DNA from: Tubulanus polymorphus
Lineage: Eukaryota > Animalia > Nemertea
Direction: 5' to 3'
Assembly (NCBI RefSeq): GCF_964204645.1
Contig: NC_134031.1
Location: forward strand, 372,001 to 436,000
DNA length: 64,000 nucleotides
Position numbers and translations under genes: made by a program. Below the pieces are notes generated by a model. The model had not been told where the DNA came from, made no database searches, and worked only from the letters and a program-made list of their open reading frames with translations. This document shows positions 11,945-24,310 of the stretch, piece by piece. Positions within the stretch are counted from its first letter, which is position 1. Each line of letters starts with the position of its first letter.

Positions 11945-14900
11945 ATGTCTGATTCTTCAGCAGCTCAGGATCGAGATATCAAAGTTAGTAAATTCAATAA
12001 CAATTCATAGTTTATTCCTCATCTACTATCCGTGGTATTTTATTGAGATGTATATTTGTTGTTATTTCAGGAGTTTCTATTTAAAAGGTTGGCTCGGATT
12101 AGAGTTTCACCGACCCCTCCATCTCTACCGATCAACAGATCAAATCTCGTCGCTTCGGCCAAAAATTACAGCCTGGTTTTTGTTGGATATGAAAACGGTA
12201 ACTTGTTTTTCAACAATAATAATCTGGGCCGCCAGGGGTCGGGATAATCTGGGTCGCCCAGGGGTCGGGATAATCTGGGTCACCCAGGGGTCGGGATAAT
12301 CTGGGTCGCTAGGGGTTGGGATAATCTGGGCCGCCCAGGGGTCGGGATAATCTGGGTCGCCAGGGGTCGGGATAATTGGGCGTTGATGCTACTGTGGCGA
12401 GTGAGTGAGAATTGATAGGGCACAGGGTGAAGGCCTGGCGGGTGCAACAATTTCTAGGCCTGTACTGCAGTCCTGGGGTGTGATTAATTTGTGAGGCCTC
12501 AGGGACAGGGTATAATTTATGAGGATGACCCGCGAGGCTCAGTGGTGCGTGTGGTGTGTCTGAATACCAGTGGTTGTTACGGGTCGCGGGGGAACGACGG
12601 CTAGGTACTACAGTGTGTGAAATGTATTGATTGATCGTTTTGTTTTTAATTCAGGATTTCGTGTTTTAAACACGTGTGATGTTATTGTACACAGCGAAGG
12701 TAAAGATAAAGGCAATTCAGTAATTGAAGATTTCCCGTTCCTGACAGACGTTGCGCTCCCCTCGAGACCGGTTTATATCTCTACATCGACTGATGGTTTA
12801 ACTGTAGCAGTCGCTCTCAATAATCAGCACAATCAACCCATAGTTTATCTATACGATGTCAGAATATTCACAGGCAAGGTAAGAATTTGAAATATCGGAT
12901 ATTTCAATCCGTTTGTCTCAGATTATCGCGTGCCTCATCTGATAACAAATTTTCTTGCTGCAGTTTATTGTCATCCCTGCGCCGACTGCTACAGAGTTTG
13001 CTCACTGCCTCAAGAATTTATTGATCCCTTTTTGATCGGAGTCAAGCCTGCAGTCGTCTGAAGCAGATATTCTGTTTATTTCTAGGCTGTCAATGTGGAG
13101 AGATTTACCGAGGTTTTACTGTCGAGTGACGCGGCTCTAACTCTACAGGATTTCTCATGGAACCCGGTTCATGCTGGAATGTTTTCAACGTGTTTATCAA
13201 ACGGTTGTTTAACTCTGTGGAATTTAAAAGATGTAACTGTCTCAGTCGTTGCACAGAAACTCGACGCTAATGTTAGTTGTGGTGGGTATTATAAAATCTT
13301 GTGTCAGTTACTGTTGAAAAAACTCTTCTAAAATTGTGAGAAATCGTGATCTATTTGTGCAGTTGTTTGGAGCCCGAAAGGAACTCAAATGATTGTTGGA
13401 CGATTTGATGGCGTTATTGATTTTTATGATCATCAAATGAATTTGAAGAAACAACTTCCGTGTCCTCCACTGTTCGACCAACCGATGAAAGGTACTGAAT
13501 ATATTCCTATGATTCTCTATCATTGACAGTTCATTTTAAGTTAAGAAACGTATTAATGTTATTTGTTACAGTTTTAATTGTCACTATGTTAACTATCCAC
13601 TGGTTTACTCTAACCAACTTTTGACCAACTGCAGCCCCCATTTGTTAGATACAGCACATGAGATTCTACTCTCAACTCAGATTTATTAGTTATGAAGTAA
13701 ATACCTTCCAACTCTGGAAAAATCACTCAAAATCACTGGGAAATGACGTCCAGGAACTGGAACCAGAGAACTGAGAAACTGGATCCACAACTGTGGAACT
13801 GGAAATGTGTTTCTCACATTAATTAAAATGATTATATTTCTAGTTGTTGATATAAAATGTTTGTCCGCCAATGCGTTTCTGGGAGCTTACACAACAATAC
13901 AAACAGATCTTACATTACAACCACAGCTTGTTATGACTCATTCATTTGTGAGTATTTCATTCCACTTCTCATCATTTCAAATATAAATATCCCTCGACAA
14001 AAGAATCATTTCAGACTGACCTAGAAGGGCAGTACCCACCCAAAATATTTCTATAATCTCAATAAACTTTTGTCCATTTATGATATCAATTTCCTACGTG
14101 TTTATTTTGAGATTGATATTTCTATTTCACAGAAAGATAAACCACTCAGTTATACAAACTATGAAGATATCTGTTACGGTTGTGAAGAGCAACGAATTCA
14201 ACAATATTTCCTTACGTTTATAACTGAATGGTAAGAAATCAGTTCAACTGTTCAGAGAGAGATGGGGGGGGGGTCAGTAGTGCTGTTCAGAGATCAGTGA
14301 ATTTACATCGGCGAGGGGTGTGGGGGGATCAGTAGTGCTGTTGAGAGATTCAGTGAATTTACATCAGTGAGGGGTGTGGGGGGGGTCAGTAGTGCTGTTC
14401 AGAGATCGGTGAATATACATTCTAATGTAAGTGGGTGTCTCATTCACCATTTAGCGAAAGCTTGTACTCCAGATGAACTAATGTCTATTTCAACTTGACT
14501 TGAGAGCACATCAGGTGGGTTAGCTCGGTCAGTTTTGGTGGTACCTGGTAAAAGTCTTATTTGGACCAGAAACTGGCAGTTGACCTAAAATATTGATTTT
14601 CAGTCACTCAAATAAAGTACCATCCATCTCATGTTAGTTATTCAACATGTCAACTGTATCTTAATCATCATCTTCAGGAAGACTGTATTCCTTGTGAATG
14701 TAATATTTAGATGTAATGAATTGTGGTTTAATTTTCTGATCTAGGAGTATGATAGTAGCTGTTTCTAGTAAAGGTCAGGAAGCCGGAATTATCGGCAGAA
14801 GTCCCCAGAATAAGGTTAGTACGCGTCGTTGAAGAATGCGGTATATATTAAACCCACTTGCCGCAGCTAGCTCTAACAGTGAGTCAGACTCTATTTTAGA

Positions 14901-17900
14901 CTGATGAAGAGTGGTAGCAACCGCACGAAATATTTATAATTTTTAAATAAACTCTTCAGATTCATTTATTCATCGAGTCTCATCAGGTATATTGTGATTC
15001 TCAACTGATTCATAGTTCTGACAGACTGTTGTTTATGTGTATTATAGAATATATGGGAGATGTGGAATCTGGATGATACCGGTCGAGCTGAATTACCTCT
15101 AAATCAATCTAATGATAACACGTTCCCGGTAGGAATTACTATCGACTTCACTCCACAAGCTGAAATTAGAATCGGTAAGAATGAATTCACGAATATTCAT
15201 GAAAATGTCAAACATTAAATGTTTATATATTAATGATGATTATTTATAGATGATGTGAACGTTCATCCCCCGTCTCCTATAATCTATCTACTCAGTACGG
15301 ACGGTGTACTCTGTCCGTTTCATATGATGTATACCGGAGCGCCATCTATTGTACATCCCGCTCAACCACTCCCAGTCGACGGTACGTTTCAACCCGATGA
15401 TGAAATGTTTTAACGTAGTTGTTGTTAATCGTTAAATGAAATGTTTTTGATTGAATTATTTCAGGCGTTAGAATCGGTAAACCATCATTTGCTCCTGTGG
15501 CTCCTCAAACAACTGGTGGAAATCTGGGAGGAGCAACTGTCACAGGAGGAGGAGCATCATCCATCCTGGGAGGAGCAACTGTCACAGGAGGAGGAGCATC
15601 ATCCATCCTGGGAGGAGCAACTGTCACTGGAGGAGGAGCATCATCCATCCTGGGAGGAGCTGCTGGAGCTGCTGTTTCAGGAGGAACCAAGCCTTTGGTA
15701 TTTGGTCAACAAGCGATTGCAGAAACTGGTCAATCTAATATGTTATCACAGTTACTGAATAAACAGGCTGGAGTTGGATCACAACCCGGAGCATTCCTTG
15801 GAGCACAATCTGGAGCATTCCCCAGAGTACAGCAGCCAGGAGCACAGATCAGAGCACCGCAGCCTGGAGGTCTGTTTGGAGCACAGCCTGGAGCACAGAT
15901 TACAGCACCACAGCCCGGAGGTCTGTTTGGAGCACAGCCTGGAGCACAGATTACAGCACCACAGCCTGGGGGTCTGTTTGGAGCACAGCCTGGAGCACAG
16001 ATTAGAGCACCACAGCCTGGAGGTCTATTTGGAGCACAGCAGCCCGGAGGACAGATCAGAGCACCACAGCCTGGAGGTCTGTTTGGAGCACAGCCTGGAG
16101 CACAGCAGCCCACAGCACAGGTCAGAGCACCACAGCCTGGAGGTCTGTTTGGAGCACAGCCTGGAGCACAGCAGCCCGGAGCACAGATCAGAGCACCACA
16201 GCCTGGAGGTCTATTTGGAGCACAGCCTGGAGCACAGGTCGGAGGATCTGGAGATGGTGGTTCTAAACCAACATTGCTGTCTACGACACCATTTTCATTC
16301 GGTTCAACTCAAGCCCCTCCCCCTTCAGCTGGATTCGATGTTAAAACTACTAAACCTGGTTTTAGTGCTACTAGTAAACTACCCTTTACTCCGACCCCTA
16401 CTAAACCGGGACCTACAACTAATCCAGCTCCAACTCCGGTAAACCTAGCGCCTAAACCTACTTCAGGATTAAAACCTGCAACTTCCTCTACTGATTATAA
16501 ACCAGGATTAATATCTAATGCACCTGTTGCAAGCAACAGCAGCAGTAGTGTAAAACATAAGCTCACAGATCAGCAGCGCGCACCTGCTATACCTCCTAAT
16601 TTACAGGTGCGTATTCCGATCAATATTTCGGTACCTGATTACACCTGTTTTTATTCATATTCCTGTTGATATTACTGTTTTTCCAGTCTCGCAAATCAGC
16701 TACAGATGCAGTGAATAAATCAGTAGCAGGTGCAGCTACTTATGATCTCGACAATCCATTTGTGAAGAGTATTCTAGATGAGGTAGAGTTATTTGATTTG
16801 ATGTGGGATTATTGGGCAGGGTTTGTAGCGGGTCTGACAATGTCTACTTACTTTAGAATGAATTTAGATTTAGGTCCTGATGAGTATGGAATTCTTCATG
16901 GGAAATGAAGGGATTAAAAGACTTTCTATTTATGGCATTAAAACAATGTCACTTGGGGGAGTTTATGATTTAGGGTCCTGATACAAGGGACAGAAATTGT
17001 CACTATAGAACTGGTGTTGTATCATGGTGTATGGACTTCCATAGATTTGTAAAAGATCTTTTTCTTGGGGCAGTGAGTATATTATTTAGGGTCCTGATAT
17101 GAGATTTGATTTGTGCTTGCTTTAATGTGGCCAGTTGCGCTGTCGTGACTTAAGTCCAAAAGTGGTCTTTTATCTTAAGACTAGTCTTAAGTTGTTAGAT
17201 TGGATACAGAACTAAGTTGGTCTTAGACTGGTATTTAGTCTAAGCCATGACTATGGAACTAGCCCCTACTTACTTTTTCAATTCAATATCAACACGGTAA
17301 ATTTCTACTGATATGATATTTTCGATGATTTTTATTTTTCAGATGTCCGTTTTTCAATTGGAATTGAACGGATTACGAGAACGAGGCAGCGCGTGTAAAA
17401 TCGATATCGCTAACGGCGACGAGATTCGACGTCTGCTCAAAGATACCGATCGTCTGTTCAATTTCTGCAACGAAGCGAAAGAAACAACGCAAATCATCAA
17501 TAAAGAAATAACGGAATTAAAATCGGAAAGTTTAGAGACGTTGGCGACGTTGCAGGAATGTTGTATGAGACAGAAACTGAATAACGACCCGAAATATCAA
17601 CAATTATTGAGAACTCGATCATTAGATCCTGTCAGCTTGAGAATTATCAATAAAATACAACATCAATATCAATATCTCGAATCGGGAATCAACGACGTGA
17701 ATTTAGTGTTAGATTCAGAGTGGGAGGCTTATCAGACTTCTAGAAAACATCGAACAAAGTAAGTTCCGTTTTACTCTATCGGAATCTGAGTCGTCAGATC
17801 GACACTCGTTAGTTAGTCTCTGCACCAATAGAGGTCAGCTTGAAAGGAACGGTTTTAGTTCGATTTTAGCGGTATTGAGAGGGGGGTTAATCTGTATTGC

Positions 17901-20900
17901 AGGGTTCTTAGAGAAATCAGGGAATTTAAGGTTGAATTCTTCCCTGCCATATCAGTGGAGGACTTCCCACTTGTTGACAGATAATCAGGGATAAGCCAGG
18001 GGCCGGCTGCTAAGTCGTGGCTTCGACTTAAGATCAGCCTAAGACCAACTTAGTTCTATTAATCTAACAACTTAAGACCAGTCTCAAGATTTAAGACCAC
18101 TTTTGGACTTAAGTCACGACTATGCAACTGGCACCAGGGAATTTGAATTTGTTGGTGTCTTGTTGTTCTCGCTGGTGACGAGTGACACAATGAACCTCTT
18201 GATAAGAAACAGCCCTCACTGAGGATATCTTTTAATTCAATCAGGGAATTTTTTGTGTCTTGTTGTTCATGCTGGTGATAAAAAGAAACAGAGGATATTT
18301 AATGAGGGAATGTGGTTTATTTGACAGTAAGATGAAGCGTCCTGCTGCTGATACTATTTATCACACGTTGAGTTGTAACAGTCGTATAATACAAGAACAG
18401 GATCGGCGTATGAATCAACTGACTGATCTATTACACAATATGAAACTGTTTAACGCATCACCGTGGAAACACGATCAAAATAACGGGTAATTTAATATAA
18501 CCGTCGAACCTCGCGACTGATTAGTTTCTGATGATTTTGAAGATTGTTTGAAATATTTTTATTCTATTTTCGTCAGGGATTTCTCATCACCTGTGCTCTC
18601 TGCTGAACGGATCAACCAGAGGGCGCCGGTATCCAGTCCGATGTCTCCGGAAAAACAAGCGAAATTACGAGATATTCTGAGTAAGAGAAAAGTGACTCCG
18701 ATCAAATCAACAGCACCAGGTAAAATAACAGCTTTACAGGGAGTGAGGGGAGGAGGTGGGGAGTTTTGGGGGAGGAGGGGAGTCTGGGGGAGGCGGGGTT
18801 CTGGGGGGAGAGTCTGGGGGAGGTGGGGATTCTGGGGGGATGTGGGGAGGCGGGAAGTCAGGGTTTAAAACTAAGGGACTTTCTTACTGCCCGGGCATGT
18901 GAGGGTTATCTGTCTGTCTGCCATGACAAGTGAGGGTCGTCTGTCTGCCCTGGCAGGTGAGGGTTATCTGTCTGTCTGCCCTGGCAGGTGAGGGTCATCT
19001 GTCTGTCTGCCCTGGCAGGTGGGGGTCATCTCTGTGGCTGATTATTTGATGTTTTATTTTTTTCAGCTAATTTATCGATGTCTAAAATAGCGACGGCTGA
19101 GACTCTACGAGAGAGGTTACTGAACAGTAGTGAGGCCGATGAGGACCTCACTGATTCCGAGGTTCAAGATATCAGTTCATTCTCTAGCGTGAACCTATCG
19201 GCCTCGACCCCTGCCAAACCATCGGTTACCAGCGCCGCTATTAAACCGGGATTAAAACCTATTCCTGAATCAGAGCGTAACAAGAATGTTATCGTCGAGG
19301 ATATTAGTTCAATTATTGGGAAACCAGCGGCAGCGGAGAATAACAGGAAAATACCTGCGAAATCTGATCAGAGAAATGTTATAGTTCAGGATATCAGTTC
19401 TATCATCACTCCACCTGACTCCAGATCAACTCCAACTGCCGTTACCCAGCAACCTAAACCGGTCATTTCATTGTTCGGCACAGCGCCGCCTGGTGGTGGC
19501 GTCGGGCAAACTAAATTCAGTTCGCAGAAAACATTGTTCGGAGGCGATTCGATCGTACAGAAAGAGAAAATACCGCTACCACGAGTAGAAGATATAACAC
19601 CACCTTCAACACCATCAATCACTCATAATAAACCATCGTTTGTTAAATCAATACTCGGAGCCACCCAACCTTCCTCCAACTCCTCCGGCTCAGCCTTGAA
19701 ATCAACACTCGGAGCTACCCAACCTTCCAACTCAGCTATGAGTTCGACATTCGGAGCCACCCAACCCCCGTCAAGCTTCGCTGTGAAATTACCACCCGGA
19801 GCCGCCCAGCCCTTCTCCGGCGGCTCCACAACGACCTCGTCTAGTTTTACGTTTACCCCGGTGTCGTTTGCGTCTGGAAATACGTCTGCTTCGAGTAAAA
19901 CTAAATCTCAATCATCGGTTTCAAGTTTCTCCATCGTTCAACCGACTGCTTCTAAACCTGTAGCTTCAACTGTATTGCAACCAACACCATCGAAACCTGT
20001 CACACCGGGCCTGACGAAACCATCGGCTACTGTCCCCGTTTCTGGAAGTTTGTTTGTTGCCCCTGATTCTACGAGCAGCGGTGCTGGTTTAAAACTAGGT
20101 CATACTAGTAGCACGGCTTTCAACTTCGGGCAACAGAAATCAATGACAACAGCTACAAAATTCACGCCACCCGCAACAACTGAATCGGTTAGTTCTCAAT
20201 CCGGATTCAAATTTGGACAGAGTTCCTCGTCTGATTCAACGACAAAAACTGATAAAGTTGGTTTTGATTTTACTTCCGGGTCACAATTTGTATTTGGTGA
20301 AACTCCCTCCCAGCCAGACACTAAATCCACTGGATTCAGTTTCACTCCAGCTCCATCAGCGCCACCTAGTGGCTTACTTGGTGATAAACCTAGTAATACA
20401 TTGTTTGGACAGAAATCCAGTGCACCGTCCACTGATTCAACTACTACAGTGCCCTCTACTGGTGAGTCTGTAAAACCATCTACTACTGCATCATCAACAT
20501 CAGCCCCTACAGGATTGCTTGGCACCACTGCACCGAGTATAACAGCCCCATCTACTGGATTGTTTGGCACCGCTGCAGCCAGCTCGTCAGATGGCACCAC
20601 TGCAGCCAGCTCGTCAGCGCCCTCTACTGGATTGTTTGGCACCACTGCAGCCAGCTCGTTAGCGCCCTCTACTGGATTGTTTGGGGCTACTGCAGCTAGC
20701 TCATCAGCCCCATCTACTGGATTGTTTGGCACCACTGCAGCAAGTTCTACGGCACCATCTACTGGATTGTTTGGTACTACTACAGCGAGTACTACAGCTC
20801 CATCTGCTGGGTTGTTCGGTGCTACTGCCAGCTCGGCAGCACCATCTACTGGATTGTTTGGTACTACTACAGCGAGTACTACAGCTCCCTCTGCTGGGTT

Positions 20901-23546
20901 GTTCGGTGCTACTACAGCCAGCTCGGCAGCACCATCTACTGGATTGTTTGGTACTACTACGGCGAGTACTACAGCTCCCTCTGCTGGGTTGTTCGGTGCT
21001 ACTACAGCCAGCTCGGCAGCGCCATCTACTGGATTGTTTGGTACTACTACTGCCAGCTCATCAGCCCCATCTACTGGATTGTTCGGTGCTACTGCTACGA
21101 GTTCATCAGCGCCATCTACTGGATTGTTCAGCGCTACTACAGCGAGTACTACAGCTCCCTCTACTGGGTTGTTCGGTGCTACTACAGCCAGCTCAGCAGC
21201 GCCATCTACTGGATTGTTTGGGGCTTCTACAGCCAGCTCGGCAGCACCATCTACTGGGTTGTTTGGCACTACTACAGCTAACACACCAGCCCCATCTGGT
21301 GGATTGTTTGGCCAGACTACAGCCAGCTCACAAGCACCATCTACTGGGTTGTTTGGCTCTACTGCCAGCTCATCAGCTCCCTCTACTGGTCTGTTTGGTA
21401 CCGCTGCAGCCAGCACTGCAGCTCCCTCAACTGGTCTTTTTGGTACCGCTGCAGCCAGCACTGCAGCTCCCTCTACTGGGCTTTTTGGTACCGCCGCAGC
21501 CAGCACTGCAGCTCCCTCTACTGGTCTTTTTGGTACCGCCGCAGCCAGCACTGCAGCTCCCTCTACTGGTCTTTTTGGTAGTGCTGCAGCCAACACTGCA
21601 GCTCCCTCTACCGGTCTTTTTGGTCAGAGCTCCACATCTGCTCCTGGTGTATTCGGACAGACAGGTGGTTCATCCTCTCCCAGTTTATTCGGTAAAACCT
21701 CTTCCTCAGCGCCCTCTACTGGATTGTTTGGTCAAGCTCCTGTATTTGGACAACCTGCGTCTAATACTGGCAGTTTATTCGGACAGTCATCTGGTGCAGC
21801 TACGAGTGTATTTGGGGGTTCAGCTGCATCTACTACAGCGACCAGTTTCAATCAGAATTCTACATCTACTGGTGGTGGTTTATTTGGTGCTGCTCCATCA
21901 CAACAGAATAATAGTTTTGGGCGACCGGCGACGTTTGGACAAACAGGGTACGACTACATCTCACATTAAACTCATCTAAACTAATTCATTATTCAACGGT
22001 TATATATTTTATTGTAGCTCCTCAAATTCTGCGGCTGCTGCATCGAACCCGGTGTTTGGAACATCAACATTTGGTCAATCTCAACCACAACAAAGGTATT
22101 TATCTTCTACTTATCCGACTATTGACTTCATGATTCAAACAATGTGGTGCAATTTGCTGTCTGTCTGTAAATAATTGTCCATATACTCATTTAATGTATT
22201 TTGTTAAATTGTAGCTCGGTGTTTGGAGGAGGTGATTCTAGTAGTAATTCTGGAGGATTGTTCGGAGGTAATGGAGGTGGTGTATTTGGACTGGGAGGTC
22301 TTCCGAGCGCGGAGAATGCTAATAAAAATGTGTTCGGTCAACCTACTCAATTTCAACAGACTTCCAGTAACGGTATGAAGCATAGCAATAATCTGAGATA
22401 TCAAAAGCAATAATTTGAGATATTGATGGCACTGATTTGAGATATCGATGGCAATGATTTGAGATATTGATAGCAATAATTTGAGATATTGATAGCAATA
22501 ATTTGAGAAATTTATATCAATTTGCTTTGTATTTTTTAGCATCATTATTTGGAAGTGGTGCGGCCAATCCGGTCGCCAGTCCGGTGTCTTCTCCGCAAGG
22601 TAGCTTTACTCAAGGCAGATCAAATATCGCTCAACAAGGATTTGGATTATCTAATAAACCCGCTGCAGCTTCTGGTAAGAATGTGATATTTAATTGTCAT
22701 CTCAGGTTTTGAATGAATTCAGTAACACATTTCTGGTTGGGTATTTAATAATAGACAATGATATTTCAAAGTTTATCTATCTAATAGTTTTAAGATTGTT
22801 AGTTATGATCTCTGAAGATAAGATTCAGGTGAATCTCGAAACTGTCAGGATCCAGTTCCACAGTCGTGAGTTAGAGTTAAAATTTGTTCATTCTCCATGA
22901 GTAAACTCTGAGTCAAATCTTAACTCACGACTGTGGAACTAAGTCCAGATCTTTTAAATATCATCCATTGTGGGATTATTTATTACTGTTGGTCACTGAG
23001 AATAAATCAAAAAATGAAGAAGTTGTTGTTTTATATTTAGGTGGTTTTGGAGCTGCTCCTGTATTCGGAAGCCCGGTTGCGTTCGGAACACCTCCTTCAT
23101 TCGGAGGAGCAGCTTCGCCCTCTGGTGGTGTATTTGGTAGTAGTTCTGCAACGTTTGGAGCCATGTCATCACCGAGTTCTGGAGTATTTGGAGGAGGTGG
23201 TGCATCTGGAGGAGTTGGAGCAGGAGGAGGATTTGCTTCGTAAGTCTAACATAGTTTCTATGGAGCTATTGTTATTTCTTTGATGTTTGTCGATATTGAA
23301 GATGTTTGTCAATATTTGTGTTTTTAGTTTAGCTCAATCTGGTGGACCTTCATTTGGTAATTTGGCGCAGCAAGCTGGCGCTGGAAGTGGTTTCGGTGGT
23401 TCGACGTTTGGTGGCGCTGCGTCTACACCGTGAGTTATCATCCACCGAACACCCAGAGTTCGTCTAGTAAAATATTCACGATCCTAAACGAAATTATTTT
23501 CTTATTTTTCAGACCGTCTTCGTCATTCAGTTCCTATCGTTCTTAA
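11945..23546 (+). CDS. NUP214: Nuclear pore complex protein Nup214 (beta-propeller, coiled coil, FG/GLFG repeats), multi-exon
   Basis: Start MSDSSAAQDRDIK|EFLFKRLARIRV..RSNLVASAKNYSLVFVG resembles the NUP214 N-terminus; propeller motifs WNP, WSPKG, RAELP, STDGVLCPF; coiled-coil exon 17343-17759; FG-rich exons 15465-16606 and 19067-21947; GLGG..NKNVFG motif; ends FSSYRS*. Confidence 0.95.
12219..12380. repeat. 25-bp intronic minisatellite (ATAATCTGGGTCGCCAGGGGTCGGG)n
   Basis: About 6 tandem copies in NUP214 intron 2. Confidence 0.9.
14633..14680 (-). mobile_element. Decayed copy of the hammerhead/pLTR motif at 10738
   Basis: Minus strand TTCCTGAAGATGATGATTAAGATACAGTTGACATGTTGAATAACTA aligns with TTCCTGAAGATGACTTAGGATATAGTCGAAACGTTGAAATAAACTA; GAAA box mutated. 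Confidence 0.5.
14895..14940 (+). ncRNA. Minimal hammerhead-like motif, partly degenerate
   Basis: CTGATGA-A-GAGTGGT(AGCA)ACCGCAC-GAA-ATAT-T, palindromic ATAT, weak stem I, AATAAA downstream; lies in NUP214 intron 14815-15047. Confidence 0.45.
17128..17266. mobile_element. ~140 bp MITE, TIR GGGGCCAGTTGCA (PIF/Harbinger-like)
   Basis: Highly similar to 58249-58388 and to the reverse complement of 17999-18136; partial copies near 36190, 53700, 59450 and 63030. Confidence 0.75.
17999..18136. mobile_element. ~140 bp MITE, same family, opposite orientation
   Basis: GGGGCCGGCTGC..TTAAGACCACTTTTGGACTTAAGTCACGACTATGCAACTGGCACC. Confidence 0.75.
22848..22947. mobile_element. ~100 bp palindromic MITE (GGATCCAGTTCCACAGT family)
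   Basis: GGATCCAGTTCCACAGTCGTGAGTTA .. TAACTCACGACTGTGGAACTAAGTCC. Confidence 0.8.
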
Positions 23547-24310
23547 TCCACGTGACGCCCCCTGGTGTGTGTATATAGAATCGTTTACAAATCGTTGAAT
23601 TTGAATATCGAATATTGTTCAATTAACGCCATCTGGTGTGCGAAAATGGAATTTTTCCCTGATGTCAATAGAATGTTCACGTATTTGAGAATGAATGATG
23701 AATCGTTTTATCATAATTTTCGGATTTTGAGTTTGATTCTGAGCCGAGTGTGATTCGGTATTTATTTACATAATTTCATAAAGACAGTTACATAAAATAC
23801 ATAGAGAATAAAATACTAAATGCCAGAGGAGCAGGAGGAGCAGGAGGAGGAACCAGAGCAGGAACAGGAGGAGGTGTTTACAATCTAGTGTTTAACGCAT
23901 GTATAACAAGTCATGATCTCTATATTTGAAAGACTAACTAAAAACAATCACAGCATATTGATAATCATTACGCAATTGAGACCTTGTGAGGAGCAGGAGT
24001 CATTATCATATAGAGGAGGAGGAGCCACAGGAGCAGAAGATGTGCAATAATTCAGAGACCAGGAGCTCGTTTCATCAAACTATCTGTTAAAGTGAAGAAC
24101 ATCTAATCAAGACTATAGGTGTCTGAATCTGGCTCCTGAACGCTTAGTTAAACATACGATCAAGGAGTCGGAGTCGTCATAGCAACAGAAGGGATGTTTG
24201 AGAATAAGTAAATATCTAGAGGGCGCTTGATTGAAAAGTTCATAATTTTTCAATATCGGTGGCAGTTATAACGGTTAAAGATTTGAATTTAAAACTATGG
24301 TCTACGGAAA

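Noticed and set aside
20196-21979. Long antisense (466 aa) and alternate-frame (432 aa) ORFs
   Set aside because: Shadows of the NUP214 coding repeat; the same applies to 15505-16442.
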